A stretch of 64,000 nt of DNA from an uncultured Chloroflexia bacterium (GCA_963765765.1 CAVXYC010000015.1:288001-352000), one strand, 5' to 3'; counted from the first letter of the stretch, positions 19,465-31,567 are shown. The notes: generated from the sequence alone by a model not told the origin. Numbers and translations are program-made.

Positions 19465-19540
19465 CAGGCTGACATAAGTCGCGCGTTCAGGCTGACATAA
19501 GTCGCGCCTGTTCGTAGTGCGGAATGAACTCCGCACTACG
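19465..19540. repeat. 20-bp tandem direct repeat followed by a GTAG-type hairpin
   Basis: CAGGCTGACATAAGTCGCGC at 19465 and 19488; CGTAGTGCGGA-N6-TCCGCACTACG at 19513-19540. Confidence 0.8.
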
Positions 19541-19570
19541 GGCTGATCATTGCAGGTCTTCGCTGAGACG

Positions 19571-20404
19571 CTACCTCTTTCCCTGCGGCGCCAGCGCGGC
19601 CTCGCGCTGATGGATCTCTTCCAGGTTGTCGATCAGCGGCCCGAGAACACTCGCCAGATGCGGCGCGATCAAGTAGCGCTGGCGTGGCTCCGGATTCGTC
19701 GCCGCGTCGATCACGGCGTCTGCCACAGGTGACAGGTCCGTGGGACCGTTCTCGATTCTCGCTTTCAAGCCCTCGTAATACTCGCGCGCGGGAGCCTCAT
19801 ACTCGGTCCCTTCCGCAAAGTTCGAGTCCATATTGCCAGCAAACGCTGTCTGAAAGGCGCTGGGCATGACGGAGCTCACGCGAATACCAAATTGCCGCAG
19901 CTCGATGTCCCAGGTGGCCGCGATGCAATCCACGGCGTGCTTGGAGGAGCAATAGGCGCCCAGGTACGGCGTGTTGAGTATTCCGCCGATGGCGTTGGTG
20001 AAAACGATGCGACCGCTGCGCTGCTTGCGCATGTGCGGAAGCACCGCTCGAGTCACCGCCATGGCGCCAAAGACGTTGGTCTCGAAGACTTCGCGCAGTA
20101 CCGCCTCGTCCAGCGTCTCCAACGGACTCACCGCGCCGATTCCGGCATTGTTCACCAGTACGTCGATCCGACCCTCTGAGCTCATCGTTTCATCGACGGC
20201 CCGCTGCACCGAATCTGGCTTGTTCACATCGAGTTGTCTGAGCACGACGTTCTTCAAGCCTTGATCGGCAATCGCCGATTTCAGCGTGTCAGCTCGCTCG
20301 GGATTGCGAGCCGTGGCGACGACGGTATCTCCACGGCGAGCAAACGCGGTCACGAACTCCAGTCCAAAACCGGTGCTGCACCCGGTGATCAATACAACGC
20401 TCAT
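19571..20404 (-). CDS. SDR family oxidoreductase
   Basis: TGCSTGFG, NNAG, YCSSK. Confidence 0.92.
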   Translation of the reverse strand: MSVVLITGCSTGFGLEFVTAFARRGDTVVATARNPERADTLKSAIADQGLKNVVLRQLDVNKPDSVQRAVDETMSSEGRIDVLVNNAGIGAVSPLETLDEAVLREVFETNVFGAMAVTRAVLPHMRKQRSGRIVFTNAIGGILNTPYLGAYCSSKHAVDCIAATWDIELRQFGIRVSSVMPSAFQTAFAGNMDSNFAEGTEYEAPAREYYEGLKARIENGPTDLSPVADAVIDAATNPEPRQRYLIAPHLASVLGPLIDNLEEIHQREAALAPQGKR

Positions 20405-20461
20405 GAGTTAGTTCTCCCATCGAATTTACTAGCGCCTGTGTTCGTATGTACTAAACCCGAA

Positions 20462-20558
20462 TCTCCCTGTCATCCTGAGTGCAGCGAAGGATCTCACCCA
20501 CCGGAGTATTGGGCATTGGTGGGTAAGATCCTTCGCTGCACTCAGGATGACAGGGAGA
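20462..20558. repeat. REPIN-like element with 33-bp inverted arms (GTCATCCTGAG family)
   Basis: TCTCCCTGTCATCCTGAGTGCAGCGAAGGATCT at 20462-20494 and its exact reverse complement at 20526-20558. Confidence 0.88.
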
Positions 20559-20596
20559 CTGGAGAGTGCAAACGTTCCCCAGTACTAACTTGTCGA

Positions 20597-22185
<1,589 letters not shown>

Positions 22186-22317
22186 GAATCTCCTCCGGTA
22201 CGGCGCAGTCGCACAGTGCAGGACAGCGCCAATCGCTGATTATAGAAGCGGCGCGCCCTGGTGCCGGGACGCGCCGTCTGGTCTCTCCTAGGGCATCTGT
22301 ACCTTGCCGGATTTTGC

Positions 22318-23280
22318 CTACGCGTACACGGGAATAGACCAATCTCCGTATCGCGGATTCTCACCTCGGGCCGCGCGGAAATAGATCTCTTGGAGCATGC
22401 GTGACCTGGGACCAACCAGACCATCACCTACACGTCGGCGATCTACCTCAACCACGGGCGATACCTGCGCACCGGTGCCACACAGAAATAGCTCGTCGCA
22501 TGTATACAGCTCGGTACGGTCGATGCTGCGCTCCACTACGGGAAGGTGCAGCTCGTCGCCGATCAGCGTCATGAGAAGCTGTCTAGTTACACCCTCGAGC
22601 ACATCATCGGTGACTGGTGGCGTGATGAACGCACCGTCCTTGAAGATGAAGAGATTCTCCGCTGAGCCTTCGCTGACATGGCCGTTGGCGGTGAGCATGA
22701 TGGCCTCGTCGAAGCCCGCCTCCAGCGCTTCAGACTTAGCCAGCGCAGAATTTACATACGAACCGGTGACTTTGGCGCGCGCCGGTATGGCCAGGTCAGA
22801 TACTCGTTGCCAGCTACTGGTGATGCAGCGGATGCCGTTGTCCACGGCGATGTACTCGCCCATTGGAGCGGAATAGATCATGAAGCTCACTTCGACATCG
22901 TGCAGACGCACGCCGATCTCTTCGCTCGAAGCAAAGAGCAGCGGTCGCACATAGACATCCGTTTTGTATTCGTTTCGACGCAGAATCTCGAGCGTCCACT
23001 CCACCAGCTCGGTCGTCTGGTACGGAAGCTCCATGCGCAGCACCCGACCCGACTTCCGAAGTCGATCGTAGTGAATCGCCGGGTGGAGCAAGTAGAGTTG
23101 AGCGCGATCCGCATTCCAGTACGCTCGGATACCCTCAAAGCAGCCCGTGCCGTAGTGCAGCGCGTGCGTCATGGGCGGGATGTGCACATCCTCGTAGCGT
23201 ACGAGCTCTCCATTGAAAAAGACCCATGTGTTGGGATGCTGCTGTCTCGTCCTGCTACTGCCCACCGTCGTAGTTTGCAC
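22318..23280 (-). CDS. ilvE: Branched-chain amino acid aminotransferase
   Basis: LHYGTGCFEGIRAY, YVRP, AKVTGSYVNS, EGSAENLF, LEGVTR, GTGAQ; GTG start with GGAG RBS. Confidence 0.93.
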   Translation of the reverse strand: MQTTTVGSSRTRQQHPNTWVFFNGELVRYEDVHIPPMTHALHYGTGCFEGIRAYWNADRAQLYLLHPAIHYDRLRKSGRVLRMELPYQTTELVEWTLEILRRNEYKTDVYVRPLLFASSEEIGVRLHDVEVSFMIYSAPMGEYIAVDNGIRCITSSWQRVSDLAIPARAKVTGSYVNSALAKSEALEAGFDEAIMLTANGHVSEGSAENLFIFKDGAFITPPVTDDVLEGVTRQLLMTLIGDELHLPVVERSIDRTELYTCDELFLCGTGAQVSPVVEVDRRRVGDGLVGPRSRMLQEIYFRAARGENPRYGDWSIPVYA

Positions 23281-23448
23281 TCGCCGCTCCCTTGACGTTT
23301 TGTCAACGAAAGAATGACGGGTCCCGGACCTGAATAGCAAGGTGATTGAATATCGGCCCAACAATCAGCTTGGGTCGGTTCCCTAACGAGAACGGTGAGC
23401 AGCGGGGGCCTGACATGGCTTCTGCTTCGGCACAGGTAATCCGTTGTT

Positions 23449-23557
23449 GCACGGAGCCTTGTGCCCTGTGTCTGGAGCGCAGTAGTTTCGATGTACGGAG
23501 CTCAGTCACGGCTTCCTATGTCGAGGCGCTCCAAGCACAGGGCACAAGGCTCCGTGC
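23449..23557. repeat. REPIN-like inverted repeat related to the 9196 element
   Basis: GCACGGAGCCTTGTGCCCTGTG...CACAGGGCACAAGGCTCCGTGC; shares the CTTGTGCCC core. Confidence 0.75.
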
Positions 23558-23792
23558 TATTGATCTAGAGTCGGTCCGTGCCGACCTCGATCATGGCTTC
23601 GACACCCGCCTGAACGACAGGCGCGTGGATCAGAGTGCCGAACAATCGGAAGAGCGTGGTTCTCCTGATGCTGCCACTATGGCCGAGCAGGAAAACCAGC
23701 TCTCCCGCCTGCCCCAAGGGTCAGTGCGCTAAGCCTGCCCGCGATGGGGATATGACTCGCTCAGCCCTCGCCTTTCGGTCGTGATCTGAGCT

Positions 23793-24677
23793 TCAGCGGA
23801 GAAGTCCAACGCGGCGAGCTTCTTGGCGGGTCTCGTCATAATCTGACGCCGTGACCCGGGCGTAGGACTCGGCTCTCATCAAGCGCAGAAGCTCTGCGTC
23901 GGTGATCGCTTCGAACGCAGAGGTCACCTCCTCCACGAACTCCGGTGAAAATGCGGAGCGGATGCACCATGGATAACCCTGAACCAGGTTCTGCTCGATG
24001 ATGCGAATCTGGCTGCCATCCACGGTTCCAGCGTCGATCAGGCGCTGCATGACACGCTTCTCCACGCCACCGGCATCCACTGTGCCGTTGAACACTGCCA
24101 GAGTCGTGGCATCATGGCCGCCTGTGTAGACGAATAATCCGGGATTGGTGAAATCGCCAATCCCTGCCCGATCAAGCATGATGCGGGGGTAGAGCGAGCC
24201 CGATGTGGAGCCGATGTCCCCAAAGGCGAACTTCCTGCCCGCGATATCCGCGGCTGTCTGTATGTCGCTGTCATCGCGCGTAATGAGCGCGCTGTAGTAC
24301 TTCACTGTGCTCGTCTCACGATCGATCTCAGTGACGATGGGCTGTAGCTGCGCCCGCTGCTCGGCCTGCACATACGTCAGGCCCCCGAAGTAGGCTAGAT
24401 CGATCTTGTCCGAGGCCATTGCTTCAACGACGCCCGCGTAGTCAGTCGCGACGAATAGCTCGACCCCAATACCTAACGTATCGCCCAGATACGCTCCAAA
24501 GGGCTGGTATAGGGCTCGCTGCCGGTCGGGAGCGATGTTGGGAATGAGCCCCACTCGGAACGTCGTGGGCCGCCCCTGGGCGGTTGGCGCGGCCAGAGCG
24601 GCTCGCGTTGAGGGCACCATGGCCAGGGCGCCTAGAGCAAGTCCCGATTTGACGAAGGTTCGACGAGTTAACGACAC
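23793..24677 (-). CDS. PhnD/PtxB-family phosphate/phosphite/phosphonate-binding protein, Tat signal
   Basis: TRRTFVK, TDYAGVVEAM, DLAYFGG, FGDIGSTSG, GGHD, YPW. Confidence 0.88.
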   Translation of the reverse strand: MSLTRRTFVKSGLALGALAMVPSTRAALAAPTAQGRPTTFRVGLIPNIAPDRQRALYQPFGAYLGDTLGIGVELFVATDYAGVVEAMASDKIDLAYFGGLTYVQAEQRAQLQPIVTEIDRETSTVKYYSALITRDDSDIQTAADIAGRKFAFGDIGSTSGSLYPRIMLDRAGIGDFTNPGLFVYTGGHDATTLAVFNGTVDAGGVEKRVMQRLIDAGTVDGSQIRIIEQNLVQGYPWCIRSAFSPEFVEEVTSAFEAITDAELLRLMRAESYARVTASDYDETRQEARRVGLLR

Positions 24678-24748
24678 AGCGTGCTCCTTGAAAGCAGAAT
24701 TCTTCTCGTCTCGCCAAAAAGCGAGAAGCGCCCGAAGGAGCGCAAGTG

Positions 24749-24865
24749 TCAGTAAATGGCGCTCATCGGGGCGGGAGATATGGCGAACACAGTCAGCGCA
24801 GTACCTGCGCGGAGCCGCCAGGGCAGCGTGACCGGACAGGTTTTACCATAGCGACGGGTGGCCAT
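24749..24865 (-). CDS. Putative 38-aa small protein or leader peptide
   Basis: ATG preceded by GGGAGG; MATRRYGKTCPVTLPWRLRAGTALTVFAISPAPMSAIY*. Confidence 0.3.
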   Translation of the reverse strand: MATRRYGKTCPVTLPWRLRAGTALTVFAISPAPMSAIY

Positions 24866-24979
24866 AGCTTCCTCCCTTCCTAAGATTGATTGACCAACGC
24901 AGCCGCACCATGATGTCATGGCCCATTCAACCGAGCACGGCGCCCGACACGCGAATTTCTGGGCTCGACACGGCCCCCG

Positions 24980-25088
24980 CTGGGACCGCCGACATCCTGT
25001 GACGGCCGCCAGCGGACACTACTAGGGCACGGGAGTCAGAGCTGTCTGCGGACGGCCCTTGCCGGCCGACGGATGTCGGCGGTCCCAG
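24980..25088. repeat. REP-like inverted repeat (CTGG type)
   Basis: CTGGGACCGCCGACATCC ... GGATGTCGGCGGTCCCAG, 18-bp arms. Confidence 0.75.
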
Positions 25089-25123
25089 TTACGGTCGGAC
25101 CGTCCGCTGTCTAGTTAAGCAAT

Positions 25124-25681
25124 CTATGCTCGTCCCTGGGAGTGTCCATCTCCCGCCGGCTGTCCCCGCAGCCGCTCGGTCAGGATGCGACCGGCCTCAT
25201 CGGCGATGTCTTCTCCGGATGGCGCCGCCATACGGCGCATTACGTTGATGGTAGCTTCGGATGGCTCTTCGATCTGGGCGGTGCAATGGGCGCAGCGTCG
25301 CGCATTCTGGGGAATCTTGCTGAGGCACTCAGGACATTCCTTAGTCGGTGCGGGCTGGGGCTCGGATCGATATCGGTCCATGAGCTTACTCACGGGGAGC
25401 ACCACGAGGAAATAGATAACCAAGGCAATGATCAAGAATGAGAGAAGAGCGTTCAGGAAGTCTCCGATTAATAGGCGGGCCCGCCCCACGTTCACCGTCC
25501 AGGTAGAGAAGTCTGGCACACCGCCAGACGAGCCAAGAAGCGGTGTGATGATGTCTTTCACCAGCGCTTGCACGACAGCCCCAAACGCGGCGCCAATGAC
25601 CACAGCGACGGCCAGGTCCACAACGTTGCCGCGCAGCAGAAACTTCTTAAATCCGCCAAGCTCGCCCGTCATAGTGCGCAT
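25124..25681 (-). CDS. mscL: Large-conductance mechanosensitive channel with a C-terminal zinc ribbon
   Basis: FKKFLLRGNVVDLAVAVVIGAAFG, GDFLNA; tail CPEC...CAHC; AGGAGG RBS. Confidence 0.93.
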   Translation of the reverse strand: MRTMTGELGGFKKFLLRGNVVDLAVAVVIGAAFGAVVQALVKDIITPLLGSSGGVPDFSTWTVNVGRARLLIGDFLNALLSFLIIALVIYFLVVLPVSKLMDRYRSEPQPAPTKECPECLSKIPQNARRCAHCTAQIEEPSEATINVMRRMAAPSGEDIADEAGRILTERLRGQPAGDGHSQGRA

Positions 25682-26079
25682 CTCTAACCTCCTTACTCCG
25701 GGAACGAATCGCGGAAGCAGAAGCATGCTCTATGCCAGCGAGCAATGGACCGACGGTGACCGCTTAATCAAGGATTGAGAAACAATGACGTGCGCCTGGG
25801 CCCGCGAGCACTCCGCGAACACCATAACTCCGCGAACCCGTTCGGCATGGTGTCCTTAGAAGCGTCATGCGGCTCGAGCGTACAACACGCCATCAACACC
25901 GGGGCTGTTGCCGTCTCCACCAGTGGGCCGCGGTAGGGCGGGACTCGCGGGCACGGAATCCCGCCCTGCCGCGGCCCGGATCCGGACGCCGTCGTCCCCG
26001 GCAGTCCGAGGGAGCCCATGCCCCAGCCGGCGATTAATCCGGGCAAGGCTTCACGCGTTAAGAGGCAATTCGTGAAGAC

Positions 26080-26112
26080 AAAATCGGCGGCCTTTTGAGG
26101 ACCGCCGATTTT
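26080..26112. terminator. Intrinsic terminator downstream of hsp20, possibly bidirectional
   Basis: AAAATCGGCGG...CCGCCGATTTT. Confidence 0.75.
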
Positions 26113-26136
26113 CGCTATTGTTTGTTGCTACCGCGA

Positions 26137-26643
26137 CTAGCTTGCGCTGCCGACTGCTTTGTTGTTTTCGGTTTGCGACTTGCTATGGCCATTGCTCAGG
26201 GCGGTGGCACCGCCGGTGCTTACCTGGATGCGTCGCGGCTTGGCCTCCTCAGCCTTCGGAAAAACCATGCGGAGGATACCGTGCTGGTAGCTCGCCTCCG
26301 TCGGATCCGCCGTGTAGCTGGTTGGCAACTGCAAACTGCGAGTGAACCGCCCAGTTTGGTGCTCACGTAACAGGTAGTGGCGGTTGGATGCCCCCTGATC
26401 TGCCTCCGTCTGACCCCGAATCGTGAGGACGCCCCGCTCGACCTGGACATCGATCGCCTCCGGATTGATGCCAGGTACGTAGGCTTCTACTACCAGCGCG
26501 TCGTCGCTCTCGTAGACATCGATCGCGGGCCCAGCCCAACCTTCACTGCCACCACTCCGAGGCACGACAAACGCGTCCTCAAACATGCGGTCCATCATGT
26601 GACGCAGGCTCATCGCCTGTCCGACGCTCGAGCGATCGATCAT
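26137..26643 (-). CDS. Hsp20/alpha-crystallin small heat-shock protein
   Basis: PAIDVYE, PGI, GVLTIRG, GRFTRSLQLP, ASYQHGIL, KPRRIQV. Confidence 0.93.
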   Translation of the reverse strand: MIDRSSVGQAMSLRHMMDRMFEDAFVVPRSGGSEGWAGPAIDVYESDDALVVEAYVPGINPEAIDVQVERGVLTIRGQTEADQGASNRHYLLREHQTGRFTRSLQLPTSYTADPTEASYQHGILRMVFPKAEEAKPRRIQVSTGGATALSNGHSKSQTENNKAVGSAS

Positions 26644-26819
26644 GACTCTGCTCCCTAGTCAGTGATTTGGCAAGCCTTTGAAACATTGATCCCGCTCGCC
26701 ACAACCAAAGGATAAGAGCGCAATTGTCAGAGAGTCATAAGAGCAACATCAAACGTTTGTCAGCAATATCGTCTTACTCCACAAGCTCCCAATGATCGGA
26801 ATTCCGGCTCTGCATGAAC

Positions 26820-28127
26820 TCAATCCGAAGAGGCTGAGACCAGCCCAAGACCGCTCTCGATCGCGTCTTTGACCGCAGTTGCCACCGCACGGTGCCCTGA
26901 GGGGCTCAGGTGGCCGTCGCGCGTTTCTGAGTACGGTAGGACTCCATTGGCGGCGAGTGCCTGTAGAGCGGGAAGTGAGTCGATCACTGGAATGCCTTCA
27001 GCGTCAAAGCGATCGCGCAGCGCTTCACGCACGCGCACTTCGGCGGCGGCCTGGTACGCAACGTCCAACGGTAACCGGTCCTGCTCAGCGGCAACGGCAT
27101 CTGCCAGGGCTAGCTCTTTTGTCGGGATGAGCAAAATAGCGAACTCAGCGCCATTCGCATGGGCGCGCTGACGCATCTGACTCAGCGCCTCAACGGTAAT
27201 TCGCATTCCCTCAACTATGCGGGGATCCTCCAGTTCTACGGCAGGTAATCGGTAGCTCGGCGTGAGAACGGTGCTGAAGTAGGCCCCGCGGAAGCGAACG
27301 AAGTCGTCATCCTTAAGGGGGTCATTCTCGTCGTTCGCTTCCGGCCGTTCGGGATGACGGCGATAGTAGTTGTAGGCTCGTCCCGCGGCATGCCAGAGGC
27401 CATAGAGCTTCGAGTGATCCCGCAGTACGCCTTCGAGCGGTTCAGGCGGCTCGTCGCGAGCATCTTCATCCTGACGATCGATGGGGCTCTGGTCCGCAAT
27501 TGGCAGATCGTCCCACGGTTCAGCATCGGCCGCATCAGCCACGGCCTGCCGCGTCTTCTCGTCGGAGGATTTGAACTGCTCGAGACGGTCGCGATTGTAC
27601 ACAAAGGTGAACGAGTCCACGAGGTCGTTTCCCAGATAGAGGGCCTCCACAATGAGCCGCGGCTTAAGCCGCAGCGCCTCGTCGAGTACGAGGAAGCTCT
27701 GCAATGGCCCCCAACCTGGAAACGCCATGTTGTAGCTCGGTCCCAGACCCATATCGCCGAGTGCATGCGGCCAGGTGTCCGACGGACGCACGTTGGATCC
27801 GTACGTCTGTGAATCGCCCAGCGCCACCACCTGCGCCTCCGATGGAATCGTCGCGTTCCGAAAGCCGAGTCGGTCGTGCTCGGGGTACTCAGGATTCCCG
27901 CGCCAGCTCAGCGCACGATCTGCGACAAAGCCCCGCACTGGCGTCACGGACAGCGCCGCGGCGACTGATCGTGATGATGCTGCTAGAACCTGAAGGATTC
28001 CTTCGGCAGCAACGAGAGATCCCAAGACTATGACGAAAGGGAGTAGGAATTTCTTCAAGAGTCGGCCAGAAGCACGATTCCGCAACGCCGAGTGTATTCG
28101 ACCCCGTGCGAGATCGTCACGCCCCAA
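26820..28127 (-). CDS. Membrane-anchored SGNH/GDSL-fold protein (AlgJ/AlgX-like)
   Basis: N-terminal TM segment, LGDSQTYG, YLGND, DGHLSPSGH. Start uncertain. Confidence 0.8.
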   Translation of the reverse strand: MGRDDLARGRIHSALRNRASGRLLKKFLLPFVIVLGSLVAAEGILQVLAASSRSVAAALSVTPVRGFVADRALSWRGNPEYPEHDRLGFRNATIPSEAQVVALGDSQTYGSNVRPSDTWPHALGDMGLGPSYNMAFPGWGPLQSFLVLDEALRLKPRLIVEALYLGNDLVDSFTFVYNRDRLEQFKSSDEKTRQAVADAADAEPWDDLPIADQSPIDRQDEDARDEPPEPLEGVLRDHSKLYGLWHAAGRAYNYYRRHPERPEANDENDPLKDDDFVRFRGAYFSTVLTPSYRLPAVELEDPRIVEGMRITVEALSQMRQRAHANGAEFAILLIPTKELALADAVAAEQDRLPLDVAYQAAAEVRVREALRDRFDAEGIPVIDSLPALQALAANGVLPYSETRDGHLSPSGHRAVATAVKDAIESGLGLVSASSD

Positions 28128-28169
28128 GGTGGCATTTGCACGGCGCGTTCCCCTCAGGGCCTTTTCAGA

Positions 28170-30110
28170 CTAGGGACCTCGAGACAGGATGACGAATCCG
28201 TTAGGCGGCAGCGTCATGCGCGCGGCGTGCGGATAACCGAATTGCCCTACTCTATCGGCCATCACTCGACCGCCATTACCGGCAACGTGCTGGTTCGGGA
28301 AGTGGTCGTAGAAGTCACTGTTGAAGATCTCATACCACGTTCCTGGGTGCGGCAGGTCTACGAGATAACCCTCTTGCACGTGCTCGTTGAGACTGGCAAC
28401 GACGGCGACATCGCTCCCCTGGCCTTCAACCCAACGGTGCATTGCAATCACTCGATCGTCATTGTGAACCTGAGAGACGCGTACGCCATCGCCGTGCAGC
28501 GCTGGACGAGTCCGCCGTAGCCAGAGCAGATCCTGCATGAAGCGACGATAGTCACTCATCGCTGAATCTAGATTCAGCCCATCCCACCAGATGAGAAATT
28601 GAGCCCAATGCTCGTAGTCGTCTGACCAGGGCTTGTCTTCCAGGAACTCCTGGCCCATGAATAGCATTGGAATGCCGGGTGCGGTCAACAAGAGGCCCGC
28701 GGCCACACGCGAGCGGCTTCGCGCAAACCACGACCGATGATCCGACGAGTCCGCCAGCGCGGGAATTCGCGGCATGTCCGGCGCATTCTTTTCATACCGC
28801 CAGCGAACCACGTCGTGATTTTCCAGGCCCTGCACAGCCGACCAGCGCGAGGGGAAACCCGGCGGCCCGTAGAGCGTATCGCGCACCGCGTCCAGGTTTA
28901 CGGGCGCGTGGGCCCCGCCCGCTGCTTGACGAATCGCCCCACGGATCGATCCGCGGAGTCCATCACTGAGCGCCGCGTCGAACCCTAACCCTTGCGGCGC
29001 CGCCGTCACGGCATATGCGCGATCCCAATTCCAGTATTCCGCGATCTGGATCACATTGGGCCTATGGTGGCGCAACGTACTCGCGATATCTCGACAGAAG
29101 CGATCACCCCCGTGATCCACGGCGACGCTAATCTCGTCGTATCGGAGTCCGTCGATTCGGTACTCGTCAAGAAAGAAGCGTCCATTGTCGATGAGAAGCT
29201 GCCCGGACGGAGGACTGCCAGTAGGCGAAGATGCTGCCGCCGGCCCAGCCTTGATCCGTGAAGTACAGGCTATTGTTGTGATTACCGTTCGGCTGCCGGT
29301 CGTAGAACCAGAGGCTACGATCTCCGAAATCGCCGCCAGCATGGTTGTAAACCACGTCGAAGATGACCGCGATGCCATTCAGGTGACAGAGGTCCACGAT
29401 GCATTTGAGCTGATTTGGTCCAGGGGCAAGCTCCTCGAGGGTCAGCAGCGGCTTTTCGTGCTTGGCGAGCATGGCGTTGACCGGGAGCACATAGCGCTCG
29501 ACCTCGGCGGCGTCATCGACCTGGTATTCGGTCTCCGGCGAGAAATAGTCCACGCCGTTGTAGCCGAGGCTGAACTGCGTGGGGAACTCCTGGATTGGTA
29601 GGAGCTGGACCGCGTTGATCCCCAGATCACGTAGATAGTCGATCCGATCGACCAGGTCGAGGAATTTGCCGTAGTCCCTAGCGCGACGGTCCTTCCCTTC
29701 AGCGTCCAGAGCCCAATACGCCCCCAGATGGAGCTGATAGATCACAAGCTCATGGAATGCCGGCGGACGCCATTCTGTCGCACGCCACGCATACGTATTC
29801 GGGTCGCGCACCAGGCAATGGCAATTGGGAAACTCAGTAGCGTTACACAGCTCGCGCGCATAAGGGTCGCGCTTGAATCCCGTGATTCCCGTCGGTCCGC
29901 GCACCCAGAACAGATATTCGTCGCCGTCTCGAATGCCCGGCACAAATCCCGCCCAGGTGCCGTCGTCTGATTTGATGAGTCGATCGCCCTCAGACGGCTG
30001 CCAACCTTGGTCATCGCTGCCGGAAAGCTGATCGGTGACCACATAGACGTCGAGCGCATGCGGCGCCCACGTACGAAATGTCGCCCCGTCATCCATCAAT
30101 GTCGCGCCCA
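28170..30110 (-). CDS. GH13 alpha-amylase family (CBM48 plus GlgB/TreZ-like); frameshift near 29200
   Basis: FRTWAPHA, DPYAR, DVVYNH, DGLRYD, IAEYW, ENHD, PMLFMGQEF. Confidence 0.85.
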
Positions 30111-30210
30111 TAGCTGTCGCCGCAGTGAGATGTGTGTCCTGAACTGGCACTGAATTCACCCGCCTAATCGAGTACATGACCAGCCGCGCTCGGGGACGGC
30201 AGCCGTCGCA

Positions 30211-30725
30211 TCACCTCATCTTCGCCCCATCGGCGGTGGCGCTGGATTCCCTCACGTCGTCCTGCAGCGGGGCTGCGAGCACCCCCAAGCGCGCATTCGG
30301 GATCAGGCCGATCGTGTACGTGACGTGGCTCGCCTCACACCAGGCGAACAGGCGCGGAATGGCGAACCCGGCATCCGCACGCAGCTCGACGGGCACCCCG
30401 GGCCACGTCCGACGGATCTGTCGGAGCAGCCGTCGCAGCACCAGAACGGCAAATCGGCTCGCGTGCACCGTGCCGGGTCGCAGGATCGCCGTGATCAAGT
30501 GCCCGGTGTCCCCGTCGAACAGCAGCAGCGGGTGGTACATGTATTGGCGGTAGAACCCGTGGTAGGCCACCCCTTCCTGTTCCCCGTGGACCGGATCGTC
30601 GGTACCGTCGATGTCGATCAGGATCCGCCGCGGCGCGCCCCGGTGGCTGCGAGCGGCCGGATAGATGCGGACCAAGGCCGCGGCCATCGCTTCGATGCTG
30701 TGGCGATCGGAGGCGCGCTCCTAGC
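30211..30725 (-). mobile_element. IS1380-family transposase internal fragment
   Basis: IDIDGTDDPVHGEQEG..YHGFY..YHPL, LRPG, LRADAGF; truncated at both ends. Confidence 0.85.
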
Positions 30726-30772
30726 TGAGCGGCCCTTGGCGATTCATTGGTGCGGATCACACGTGAAGTACT

Positions 30773-30804
30773 CGGTGGGACGGGCAGAGACGCCTGTCCC
30801 ACCG
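30773..30804. repeat. REP-like hairpin (GTGG type)
   Basis: CGGTGGGACGGGC-AGAGAC-GCCTGTCCCACCG. Confidence 0.55.
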
Positions 30805-30916
30805 GCGACGTTCTCAGAGTATTGACAGAATGGGCGTGCGTCTACGCGGGAAGGGTGCTTCCGTTCCCAGCATCCGGGGTACCCTTGAGAGCAACAGGAC
30901 AAGGAGCCGGGCCCCG

Positions 30917-31567
30917 ATGCCGAGTGAATCAATCTTCGTACCTTCCGATGGGAGCGATTCCCTGGCAAACGATCGCCGAGCGCTCATGGCAGAGCTGGAC
31001 ATGCCGCCTGATGCATCGTGGAAACGATTCTTTGAGCCCGGGGAGTGGTGGGGACCAGAATGGGCAGGTTGGACTGTCGACAATTTTGGGATGTCCGCGC
31101 CCACTCCGTCAGGATGGCCACCTCCCTGGCCCTACCTCCTGTTGCAGTCGCCCGGCATGTCGGGTAGCGTCCTCATTCAGGTCTGGCGCACTATCGTGCA
31201 GGCCCCTGACTGCCCACTGAGACTGGAAAGACGCTGGCATCCCGATCATGGCGATCGTATTGACATCAAAGGGCTGGAGCGTAAACACACCCAGCACGAC
31301 ATCAGTGTCGCCAGCCGAGGTATCGAGTTACTCGCGCTCTCCGCCCGACAGGGCCGCAGTCAAGATGAGACCGATGACGCGGCGCTTGCTACATTCGTCG
31401 AGCTAGCCGACGCCTGGTTTGATCGACACCCGAACGCGAAGCCCGATGATCTTCAGTGGAGTCACATCCACGAGATGTCCTACCTATCGTGGAGCCGCTT
31501 CGACGCGACCAGATCCGATCACAAGATTGAGATTGCCGATGTGAAGCGGGGGTTGCGAAGTCGATGA
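30917..31567 (+). CDS. Hypothetical protein
   Basis: Long ORF with AAGGAG upstream of MPSES; no recognised motif. Confidence 0.5.
   Translation: MPSESIFVPSDGSDSLANDRRALMAELDMPPDASWKRFFEPGEWWGPEWAGWTVDNFGMSAPTPSGWPPPWPYLLLQSPGMSGSVLIQVWRTIVQAPDCPLRLERRWHPDHGDRIDIKGLERKHTQHDISVASRGIELLALSARQGRSQDETDDAALATFVELADAWFDRHPNAKPDDLQWSHIHEMSYLSWSRFDATRSDHKIEIADVKRGLRSR

Noticed and set aside
23793-24677. Selenate-binding protein linked to the candidate selenoprotein
   Set aside because: It is 15 kb away, no sel genes are nearby, and its motifs fit PtxB/PhnD at least as well.
26700-26760. Possible HspR (HAIR) or CIRCE operator upstream of hsp20 (ATAAGAGC twice)
   Set aside because: Poor match to CTTGAGT-N7-ACTCAAG and no match to CIRCE.
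30718-30736. CTAGCTGAGCGGCCC as the second att site of the tRNA-Lys island
   Set aside because: It resembles the tRNA 5' end only loosely, whereas att duplications normally copy the 3' part.
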